Source: Microcoleus sp. LAD1_D3
GTDB lineage: Bacteria; Cyanobacteriota; Cyanobacteriia; Cyanobacteriales; Microcoleaceae
DNA length: 32,000 nucleotides
NCBI GenBank assembly: GCA_036702135.1
Contig: JAUBSB010000012.1
Direction: 5' to 3' (one strand)
Both the position numbers and the translations under genes were made by a program. Positions 24,901 through 32,000 of the stretch are shown piece after piece. The notes under the pieces are model-generated. The model was not told the DNA's origin. It saw only the letters and a list, made by a program, of their open reading frames with translations, and made no database searches. Position 1 is the stretch's first letter, and every line of letters starts with the position of its first letter.

Positions 24901-25510
24901 ATCGGAGAAAACCGCTGACCAGCCACAGAATTAAAAACGTAAACAAAGCGATAAATTTCTCTGTTGTTATAAATGCCGGACTGACCAAAGAACCCAAAAA
25001 GCCTCCCAGCAACAAACCTATAACCAAGCCAGCCACAGTCAGCAGCACAGCCCGACCAAATTTTTGTTCCTTGCGATTAACAAAATAAAGACAACAGCCG
25101 ACCCCAAGAGCCAGAGTCAACTGTAGTAAACCATCATTAGCCGCCGGATAAATACTCAGTCCGCCCAACCCCACATACACCCCAGCCGGCCACAAAATGT
25201 CCGATCGACTAGGAGTATCGATTAGCCGCTGCAACCAAGCTGGGCTGCCACTCGGAGGAGACGGAGTAAAGCTTGCGGGCGGGGGCGTCAGCCGCTCAGG
25301 AAAGCGGATGCGTTCGGGTACTTTAATTTTACCTTCCTGTCGCTGCCGCAGGCGATCCATGAGGATGGCGTCGTAAGCTGCTTCGATCAATTCCAAACGT
25401 TTCTTGTCACCGCTGTACTGCTCACCTAGGCGCATGCGGGCCTCTTGGACTTCATCAAAGGAAGCATCTTCATCGACTTCAAGCAGTTGATAGGGAGTTG
25501 GCTCACTCAT
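24899..25510 (-). CDS. J-like-domain membrane protein, CPP1/CDF1-like (DUF3353-type)
   Basis: SEPTPYQLLEVDEDASFDEVQEARMRL...IEAAYDAILMDRLRQRQEGKIKVPERIRFPE, followed by 3-4 hydrophobic segments. The ORF-track start at 25639 adds an implausible leader; the ATG at 25510 is preferred. Family assignment is from memory only. Confidence 0.65.
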   Translation of the reverse strand: MSEPTPYQLLEVDEDASFDEVQEARMRLGEQYSGDKKRLELIEAAYDAILMDRLRQRQEGKIKVPERIRFPERLTPPPASFTPSPPSGSPAWLQRLIDTPSRSDILWPAGVYVGLGGLSIYPAANDGLLQLTLALGVGCCLYFVNRKEQKFGRAVLLTVAGLVIGLLLGGFLGSLVSPAFITTEKFIALFTFLILWLVSGFLR

Positions 25511-25754
25511 TGTAATAACCCGCTGAAGACTCTCGTTATAGAGTAATCTTAACAAGAGAGGAAAGCGGGGCGGGGGCGATCGCCGCTTTCCCAAAAGTTT
25601 TGCTGCTAGTTTTTGGTGCTTTAAAACAGGAACCAGCAAACCTTAGGAAGGTAGAAGATAGAAGGCATTTGGCATTTGGAAATAAAAAATAATGAATCCA
25701 AAGATTTTTATTTTTATCTTGGCGGTCTAAAATTTTACCTTCTGCCAAATGCCC

Positions 25755-26633
25755 TCAGAAGGAACTTGTCCCGCCGGCGCTCACAATTCCCGACCACTGG
25801 ACTTTTTTAAGTCGATCGCGGCGGTACGAAAAAAAGTGAGCCGAGTCAGAATAAGTACAGAAAGGAGCGATCGCCACTTGAGAAAAATCGATTCCCAACT
25901 GCTGCAATTGCAAAGCATTGCAGAGGCGAACATCCAAGCGTACCTTTCCCGGTTCTGGATCGGCCAAGACAGGCGTTTCCGGCAGTTGGTGCAAAAACTC
26001 TAGAATGCCGTCGGCTGTAGCACTAACGGCACTCTTAGGAGCAATAGTGGCTCCCAGTTCCGCTGCTACTTCCACAGATACCTGGTAAACCTCTCCAGCG
26101 ATCGCCGGCCCCATAGCAATCTTCAGATTTTCTAGTTGACTGCCTTGTGCCACAAGTTGAGCGATCGCCTCTGGTAATATCTTAGCAGCAGTCCCGCGCC
26201 AACCCGCGTGAACTGCAGCAACGAGTCCCGTGCGATCGTCAGCAATCAGCACCGGCACGCAGTCAGCCGAGCAAACCCACAGCGCCTCCAATTCTCGCTC
26301 GGCCACCAAGCCATCAGCCTCAGCATAGCTTGCTGCAGCGGTTTCCGGGCCCGGAGCCACAACCGGGGACAACTCACTCGTTTTGAGTACCGCATTGCCG
26401 TGTACCTGTTGGAGTCGGTAAACCTTAGCTCCGGGTTCGAGAACTTCCGTCAGAGCGATCGGTCCCTGGGGCGAGAAATCGCGAGTAAAAAAGCCGTGAG
26501 ACCATCGAGAAAGCAAGCTACAAGTCAGATAAGGCAAGCCTTGCCAGCTCTGCCAGTCCCAACTGATACCGTCAGGTTGTCCGGCGCATTCAGAGTCAGG
26601 AAAATTTGTCAAGCGATCGCCAGCTAAAGTCAT
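25755..26633 (-). CDS. pgeF: peptidoglycan editing factor PgeF / YfiH (DUF152, laccase-domain) protein
   Basis: QQVHGNAV, ADGLV, CSADCVPVLI, AAVHAGWRGT, CTYSDSAHFFSYRRD. The ORF stays open to 26855, so the start is uncertain (26633 chosen). Confidence 0.82.
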   Translation of the reverse strand: MTLAGDRLTNFPDSECAGQPDGISWDWQSWQGLPYLTCSLLSRWSHGFFTRDFSPQGPIALTEVLEPGAKVYRLQQVHGNAVLKTSELSPVVAPGPETAAASYAEADGLVAERELEALWVCSADCVPVLIADDRTGLVAAVHAGWRGTAAKILPEAIAQLVAQGSQLENLKIAMGPAIAGEVYQVSVEVAAELGATIAPKSAVSATADGILEFLHQLPETPVLADPEPGKVRLDVRLCNALQLQQLGIDFSQVAIAPFCTYSDSAHFFSYRRDRLKKVQWSGIVSAGGTSSF

Positions 26634-26911
26634 GAAAACCCATCCATCCCCAAGCGAATCATTTAGCTTGTATTCTAAACAATCAACAATTTTGTCCGCG
26701 TAGTTTAAAGGCAGCGCCAGCTTTAAGGAAAAAATCGCGAGGACTTGGCGGTTTGACAACGACCGACTGCGCCGAAATTTTGCAGAATCTGAGAAATATA
26801 GGCAACTAATTAACATAGAGGAACGCCAAAGCGCTATCATCAGTGTGGCCGTCACAGACTTCTAGGCAAGTTCCATCGGGATCAAAAAAACCGGATATCG
26901 ATCGCGACTGA

Positions 26912-28843
26912 ATGTGCAAGGCATTCGAGCTTGTTCTATGTGCAAAAAAAATTGCCTCAAGCCCGGTAAAATCAGTTAGGCCTGTATATAAAGACAAGGA
27001 TTGCCATACATTCGATCCTGACTTCGAGATCCTTGTGCCCCCTGTTGAGTTGGGAAAAAAAATCGTGAAACCAGTTCCAGACAAGCAAATAACAGCCCAT
27101 TTGAACACCAAACAGCAAAAAAAGAACCCTACAGGCGCCCGGACTCGATCGCGCCTTTTGTCCGATCGCTCACTGCTGGTGGGACTGGGTTGCCTTGCCA
27201 GTCTGGGACTGCTCAGCAAAGGCGTAGTTTGGGCCCAAGCCGAAACTCCGCCAGCAGAACAAGCCGTCCCCGGCGCAGCAGAACTCCAGCCATTATTTGA
27301 AGCTCCTCTCCCGCCCCCGGAACCCGAATACAGCCAAGGGTCGCCAGAACCATACCCTGAACCGCAGGCAGAAGTTCCACCGTCCGAGCCTTTCGATGCC
27401 CAACCGCCGTCAGAGCCTGAGTACGCCAGCGAACCACCTCCCACCGAATATTATCTGCCGGAGCCCGCGCTGATTCCCCTGCCAGAAGCGACGGCTCAGG
27501 AGCCGCCTTTTGAAGCACCGGTTAACCCGGCCCACGCTGAAATCGACCAAACAGACTACAGTGTTGGCGCTACCAGCGAGTACGAAGCGCCAACCAGAAT
27601 AGAGTTTGCAGAACGATCTACCGGCTGCGAAGGAGAAGGCGGTTGGTGCGCGCCTCCTCCTGTTTCCGAGCCGGTGACGGCAGATGCCGGAGAACCAAAC
27701 TACAGACAGGAAACTCCGATCGCAGACGATCGCTATATTGCAGCCCCTCCTCCTCGAAATCTGCCAGAAAGCATTCCAGAAAATGTTCGGGAAACTGTGG
27801 CCGGAAATAGTAGCGGGAATCCTGTCAGTAAAATCGGTCAAGCCGTTCAACAAATAGGCAGCCAGGTGTGGAGGGGTTCAAACCCGCCGGAATCTGCCTA
27901 CGCACCCCCGCGCTACTCGGCAGGCGCAGGATACTCCGCAGACGCAGGATACTCCGCAGACGCCGGATACTCGGCTAACATCGGCTACTCCGCAGACGCT
28001 GGATACTCCGCAGACGCTGGATATTATGCCGGATCTGCATCTTACGGCGGCGGCGCTCCAGCGCCCAGCATGGGACTCGGGCCGGTTCAAGTCGGTGCGG
28101 TTAGTGTCAGCAGCGGCAGCAATACCGGTTTTGCTTACTACAATCTCACGCCGCGCCCCGCAGGCCTCCCCGGAAATGGCAACACCAGCTTGCTGTTTCC
28201 GCTATCTATTGCTTCGGCCATTACTTCGCCGTTTGGGTGGCGGACTCATCCGGTTATGGGCTACGGCAGGTTTCACACCGGAACTGACTTGGGAGCCCCG
28301 ATGGGAACGCCCGTACTGGCGGCCTATGCCGGTCAAGTGGCGATCGCCGATTGGTTGGGCGGCTACGGTTTGACGGTGGTTCTCAACCACAGCAAAAAGT
28401 CTCAGGAAACTCTCTACGCCCACCTTTCGGAACTGTTTGTGAAACCGGGAGAGTTCGTGAAACAGGGAGAGACGATCGGCCGCGTCGGCAGTACGGGAAT
28501 GTCTACAGGGCCTCACCTCCACTTTGAGGTTCGGCAAATGACTGACCAGGGTTGGGTGGCGATCGACCCGGGCTCTCAGCTAGAATTCGCTCTGGCAAAA
28601 ATGATCGGCAGTTTGGAAACCGCCAAAGTACCGCAAATGCCGAAAATGGTGGAAATACAAACCGCTAGCGGACTCAAGGATTTGGAAAACGATCTGCCCC
28701 AGCTTCCACCTCTGCCACTGGGAATGGACATCGAAGTTCACAACCTCCAGCCGCCATTCCCGGAACTCTTAAAAGCTGACACTTCTAAGCCCAAAGATGC
28801 CGAAGCAGTCAAACCCAAAATTCAGAAGCAAGCTAACAGGTAA
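26912..28843 (+). CDS. M23 (LytM-type) metallopeptidase with Pro-rich and hexapeptide-repeat linker
   Basis: HTGTDLGAP (HxxxD), GPHLHFEV (HxH), GSTGMSTGPHLH. The N-terminus has a basic stretch plus a TM segment (LLVGLGCLASLGLL). The true start may be internal (GTG 27064). Confidence 0.87.
   Translation: MCKAFELVLCAKKIASSPVKSVRPVYKDKDCHTFDPDFEILVPPVELGKKIVKPVPDKQITAHLNTKQQKKNPTGARTRSRLLSDRSLLVGLGCLASLGLLSKGVVWAQAETPPAEQAVPGAAELQPLFEAPLPPPEPEYSQGSPEPYPEPQAEVPPSEPFDAQPPSEPEYASEPPPTEYYLPEPALIPLPEATAQEPPFEAPVNPAHAEIDQTDYSVGATSEYEAPTRIEFAERSTGCEGEGGWCAPPPVSEPVTADAGEPNYRQETPIADDRYIAAPPPRNLPESIPENVRETVAGNSSGNPVSKIGQAVQQIGSQVWRGSNPPESAYAPPRYSAGAGYSADAGYSADAGYSANIGYSADAGYSADAGYYAGSASYGGGAPAPSMGLGPVQVGAVSVSSGSNTGFAYYNLTPRPAGLPGNGNTSLLFPLSIASAITSPFGWRTHPVMGYGRFHTGTDLGAPMGTPVLAAYAGQVAIADWLGGYGLTVVLNHSKKSQETLYAHLSELFVKPGEFVKQGETIGRVGSTGMSTGPHLHFEVRQMTDQGWVAIDPGSQLEFALAKMIGSLETAKVPQMPKMVEIQTASGLKDLENDLPQLPPLPLGMDIEVHNLQPPFPELLKADTSKPKDAEAVKPKIQKQANR
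27914..28033 (+). repeat. about six tandem 18-bp coding repeats (AGYSAD hexapeptide)
   Basis: GCAGGATACTCCGCAGAC units starting at 27926, 27944, 27962, 27980, 27998 and 28016. The translation is AGYSAD AGYSAD AGYSAN IGYSAD AGYSAD AGYYAG. Confidence 0.9.
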
Positions 28844-28861
28844 AAATTGGGGATTGGCTAG

Positions 28862-28912
28862 ATTAATTTTCTTGTGGAACGGTCGAAAAGCGCACCCCAC
28901 AAGAAAATTAAT
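28862..28912 (+). terminator. perfect 16-bp hairpin downstream of the M23 gene
   Basis: ATTAATTTTCTTGTGG (28862-28877) pairs with CCACAAGAAAATTAAT (28897-28912), with a 19-nt loop. It is followed by gTTTTg only, so terminator function is plausible but not assured. Confidence 0.5.
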
Positions 28913-28941
28913 GTTTTGTGCAACCAGCACGCAAACTCGTT

Positions 28942-28984
28942 GTTTTTCCTCGTTACCAGGCTTTTTAGGGTAACGAGGAAAAAC
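28942..28984 (+). other. second perfect 16-bp hairpin, 26 nt upstream of the next gene start
   Basis: GTTTTTCCTCGTTACC (28942-28957) pairs with GGTAACGAGGAAAAAC (28969-28984), with loop AGGCTTTTTAG. Confidence 0.5.
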
Positions 28985-29010
28985 TGATAAAAAATGGTAA
29001 CTTGCAGCTT

Positions 29011-31278
29011 ATGCTAATAGCGCAGCATTTTTGGGAATTAATTTTATTTCTGATTATTCTAGTCGGGCCGATTCCCTTAAGCTTGTCTCTTGCCTTCGAG
29101 AATCAAAAAGAAAACAATAACTATTCATTTCCCCATTTTCTCCTCGTACTCCTGACGGGATGGAGTATTGCACAAGTTTGTACAGGCTTGATTTTAGGAA
29201 GTGCCGATCGCCTAAATATTGCTGGGGTGATTATAGCAGAAATGCTGATTTGTGCGATCGGCTTGAGCCTGATTTATGCCAAAAACCACACAGCTTTTAC
29301 CTTCTCGCAGTGGCAGATTCCCCCACTAAAGCAACCTTTGGGCTACTCAGAATCCCTAATTATTGTTGCCACCGCTGTTGTAGGAGTTGTGCTGTTGGAA
29401 ACTCTGGCAACCAAACCCACAACCAATTATGACTCATTGTGGTTTCACCTACCTGCGATCGCCCGATGGTATCAAACCCATTCATTTACTTTATTAGATG
29501 CCGCCGGAAATTGGATTTTTGAACAAGAACAAGCCAGAGTATATCCCTACAATTGGCACGTTTTATCTGCTTTGTGTGTAATCCCATTCAAAGAAGACTT
29601 TCTCGCAGCTTTTCCCCTGCTGATTGCTTGGGTACTTGAGGGAATTGCCGTCTATCTCTTGAGCGTAAAATTTGGAGCAAGGCGAATTCACGGTATGGCA
29701 GCAGCATCTTTAGTATTGACAGTACCCATGATGCTCAACCAAGTTAACACCATTCACCCCGACTTACCGCTAGCTGCAATATTTACAGTGGGTTTGTATC
29801 TAGGTTTATCCTATCATAGCAGCCGATCGCAATCCGAACTTTCCCTATTTTTGGCAGCCACAGGAATGCTAGCTGGAATAAAAATTACTGGAATCGTCTA
29901 TGCAGCCTCACTTTTAGGAGGATTAGCAATATTAGAAATTAAAAGATTCGCGGTTGATAAAAAATCTACACCAGCTAATTTTAGAATTCGCCACTTTCTC
30001 AAACCAGTCTTGCTGTGCGGCATAGCTTGTTGCTTGCTTTTAGGAGGTTTTTGGTATGCGAGAAACTTGCTGCAAATCAATTATCCTGTCGCCGAAGTCG
30101 GCGATATTAAAATTCCCTTAGAGCCTGTTCCCTTACCGTCTCCAATACCTCCGGTAAAGCAGCCGCCCGCTTCGCCACTTCTAAAGATTTGGCAAAGCAC
30201 TTTAGCAGCTCAATTTAATCCTAACAATATTTCCCACTGGCAAACTGTCGGCTTACAAATTATCATTAGATTGCAACTGCCCTTTCTGGCGATCGCACTT
30301 CAGGTATTGGCAGGACTTCTGGCTTTTATCCAGGGTAAAACCAGAATAATTAATCACAATAATATTATTTTAATTATACTTCTCGCCAGTACAGGAATTC
30401 TGTATTTAATTACACCTTACACCTCCGGTACTGTCGGAGAGTCGATCGGTCAACTCAGCCCTATACTCGGTTTTAACCTCAGATACGGATTTCCCTTTTT
30501 AAGCGTACTCGCCATCGCCGCAGCAGCTACAGCAACTCTCTTGAAAACTCAAAATCAAGTTGTTCTGGCCGTGGTTTTGGTTAGTGGTTTTTTCGGAATT
30601 ACTAGCAACACAATTTTTGATTATATTAAAAATGCTTCTTTCACCGGAGATAGTATTGTTTGGGGGAGTTTGTTGATTGACAATTTGAAGTCTAACCCAG
30701 GAGAAGCTATTAATAGGATAGGAAAAATATTACGCCCCAGTTGGCAATATATATTACCATATCCGATATTTTATATTGTGTCACTGACTCTAGCTGCGAT
30801 ATTGTTGAAAATTAATCCTGGCTTCGGATTGCTGAATCATCTATTTCCCACCCGCAAAAAATCGATTTACATAGTAATAATTGGTGTCTGTATAGGATTG
30901 ATAGTAATTGGTCATTGGAGGGAAAAGCGAGATTTTGCACGCACCGAACTGTATCGTGGTATTTACGAATATATTGATAAAAATACAGTACCAGATGAAA
31001 GAATAGGCTTCTTTTTAAGTTCGCGCAGCTACCTGTTTTACGGGAGAAATTTGGACAGACAAGTTTTATATGTGCCGTTTAGAGCCGATCGACTTTCGGC
31101 ATGGATTGACAACCTGCGGCACAATAAAATTAGGACTGTGGGATTCGGGCCCCTGACTGAGACCAACGCAGCTACCAGAAAAGCTCTATCTTGGCTGACA
31201 AGTGCCCAGGGCCCGCTGCAACCAGTTTTTGGGAAAGATTTTAATACTGAGTCGGTGCTATATCGCTTGAAAAATTAA
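29011..31278 (+). CDS. large polytopic membrane protein, tentatively a GT-C-fold (ArnT/PMT-like) glycosyltransferase
   Basis: About 755 aa with many hydrophobic segments and a C-terminal soluble region of about 100 aa. It lies next to a GT2 gene. No catalytic motif was confidently recognised, so the functional call is weak. The ATG at 29011 is preferred over the TTG at 29002. Confidence 0.8.
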   Translation: MLIAQHFWELILFLIILVGPIPLSLSLAFENQKENNNYSFPHFLLVLLTGWSIAQVCTGLILGSADRLNIAGVIIAEMLICAIGLSLIYAKNHTAFTFSQWQIPPLKQPLGYSESLIIVATAVVGVVLLETLATKPTTNYDSLWFHLPAIARWYQTHSFTLLDAAGNWIFEQEQARVYPYNWHVLSALCVIPFKEDFLAAFPLLIAWVLEGIAVYLLSVKFGARRIHGMAAASLVLTVPMMLNQVNTIHPDLPLAAIFTVGLYLGLSYHSSRSQSELSLFLAATGMLAGIKITGIVYAASLLGGLAILEIKRFAVDKKSTPANFRIRHFLKPVLLCGIACCLLLGGFWYARNLLQINYPVAEVGDIKIPLEPVPLPSPIPPVKQPPASPLLKIWQSTLAAQFNPNNISHWQTVGLQIIIRLQLPFLAIALQVLAGLLAFIQGKTRIINHNNIILIILLASTGILYLITPYTSGTVGESIGQLSPILGFNLRYGFPFLSVLAIAAAATATLLKTQNQVVLAVVLVSGFFGITSNTIFDYIKNASFTGDSIVWGSLLIDNLKSNPGEAINRIGKILRPSWQYILPYPIFYIVSLTLAAILLKINPGFGLLNHLFPTRKKSIYIVIIGVCIGLIVIGHWREKRDFARTELYRGIYEYIDKNTVPDERIGFFLSSRSYLFYGRNLDRQVLYVPFRADRLSAWIDNLRHNKIRTVGFGPLTETNAATRKALSWLTSAQGPLQPVFGKDFNTESVLYRLKN

Positions 31279-31293
31279 AAGTTATTAGTTATC

Positions 31294-32000
31294 ATGAACC
31301 AAGCTAAAACTCTATTTTCAATTATTGTTCCGACCTACAATCGCCCCGATAAATTAGCAGAGTGTCTTCAGTCTTTTGTTGAAATTGAATATCCGCGCGA
31401 TAAATTTCAAGTTATCGTCGTCAACGATAGCACCGAAATCTCTGTCGAAAATACAATTTCCCCTTTTAAAAATCAGCTAAATATCACCCTTCTGACACAA
31501 CCAAACTCAGGCCCTGCAACGGCGCGAAATACTGGATCTTTTGCAGCAGAAGGCAAATTTTTAGTGTTTACAGACGATGACTGTACTGTGGGGGTAGATT
31601 GGCTGCAAAATCTGGAAAAGCGATTTGTGGAAACACCAGATTGCTTAATCGGAGGTCGAACTGTAAACGCGCTGCCGGATAACATTTATTCTACTGCCAG
31701 CCAGCAACTGATCGATTACCTTTACAGTTACTATAATGCTCTTGGCGATCGCGCGCAATTTTTCACTTCTAACAATTTTGCCCTTCCCGCTGAGGCTTTC
31801 CAAAAAATCGGCGGGTTTGACACGACTTTTTCTCTAGCGGCTGGAGAAGACCGGGAATTTTGCGATCGGTGGTTGCATTCGGGCAATGCCGCAATTTACG
31901 CTCCCGAAGTTATAGTTTATCACTCACACGCACTCACTCTTCGCAAATTTTGGAAACAACAATTCAATTATGGTAGAGGTGCTTTTTTGTTTCAGCAAAT
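31294..32000 (+). CDS. family 2 glycosyltransferase (partial, runs off the window end)
   Basis: Not in the ORF track because no stop is reached. My own translation from the ATG at 31294 gives MNQAKTLFSIIVPTYNRPDKLAECLQS...NSGPATARNTG...FLVFTDDDC...AAGEDREFC, with no stops to 32000. IIVPTYNR and the DDD (DxD) motif are GT2 hallmarks. Confidence 0.85.
   Translation, partial: MNQAKTLFSIIVPTYNRPDKLAECLQSFVEIEYPRDKFQVIVVNDSTEISVENTISPFKNQLNITLLTQPNSGPATARNTGSFAAEGKFLVFTDDDCTVGVDWLQNLEKRFVETPDCLIGGRTVNALPDNIYSTASQQLIDYLYSYYNALGDRAQFFTSNNFALPAEAFQKIGGFDTTFSLAAGEDREFCDRWLHSGNAAIYAPEVIVYHSHALTLRKFWKQQFNYGRGAFLFQQ

Noticed and set aside
25536-26003. ORFs 25536-25748 (minus) and 25749-26003 (plus), and the 43-codon leader of the CPP1-like ORF (25511-25639)
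   Set aside because: These are spacer or antisense sequence. The region also contains GGCATTT heptamers and an 11-bp inverted repeat (GGCATTTGGCA at 25664-25674 with 25743-25753), which are better read as 3'-end structure for pgeF.
26806-27444. Minus-strand 212-aa Gly/Ser-rich ORF (and 27213-27518, 27410-27853, 27878-28090, 28202-28537)
   Set aside because: They are antisense to the Pro/Glu-rich and repeat regions of the M23 peptidase gene. Gly/Ser richness is the expected complement of Pro/Glu/Ala codons.

Overview
This 32-kb chromosomal segment is almost certainly from a filamentous (Oscillatoriales-type) cyanobacterium. By eye it holds more than 25 copies of the HIP1 octamer GCGATCGC (about 0.5 expected by chance) and several tracts of STRR-type heptanucleotide repeats in intergenic spacers. 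I recognised no rRNA, tRNA, CRISPR array, transposase or integrase. At the left end (0.1-4.8 kb) is an accessory-looking cluster: a small basic ORF, two tandem 70-aa XRE-type HTH paralogs, and a 163-aa coiled-coil ORF. That ORF runs, through a frame change at an A_AAA_AAG heptamer, into an NB-ARC + 8x42-aa TPR STAND NTPase. A convergent HigB / short HigA-like pair follows. The rest looks like housekeeping genes, left to right: a UbiD-family decarboxylase; a Zn-ribbon-NYN-OST-HTH protein; a double phosphate-uptake locus (fused pstC-pstA plus a divergent pstB on the plus strand, converging on canonical pstS-pstC-pstA-pstB on the minus strand); an APC permease; a second NYN-OST-HTH paralog; an SDR oxidoreductase; 4-hydroxyphenylpyruvate dioxygenase; a GNAT overlapping a PAS-GAF-GGDEF cyclase; a HAD hydrolase; a CPP1-like J-domain membrane protein; PgeF divergent from an M23 peptidase; a large polytopic membrane protein; and a partial GT2 glycosyltransferase. 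The best candidate for something new is the NLR-like locus at 0.4-4.8 kb, especially the dnaX/IS-like -1 frameshift cassette that joins its N-terminal-domain ORF to the NTPase. All functional calls rest on motif recognition by eye; no database search, folding calculation or statistics could be run.
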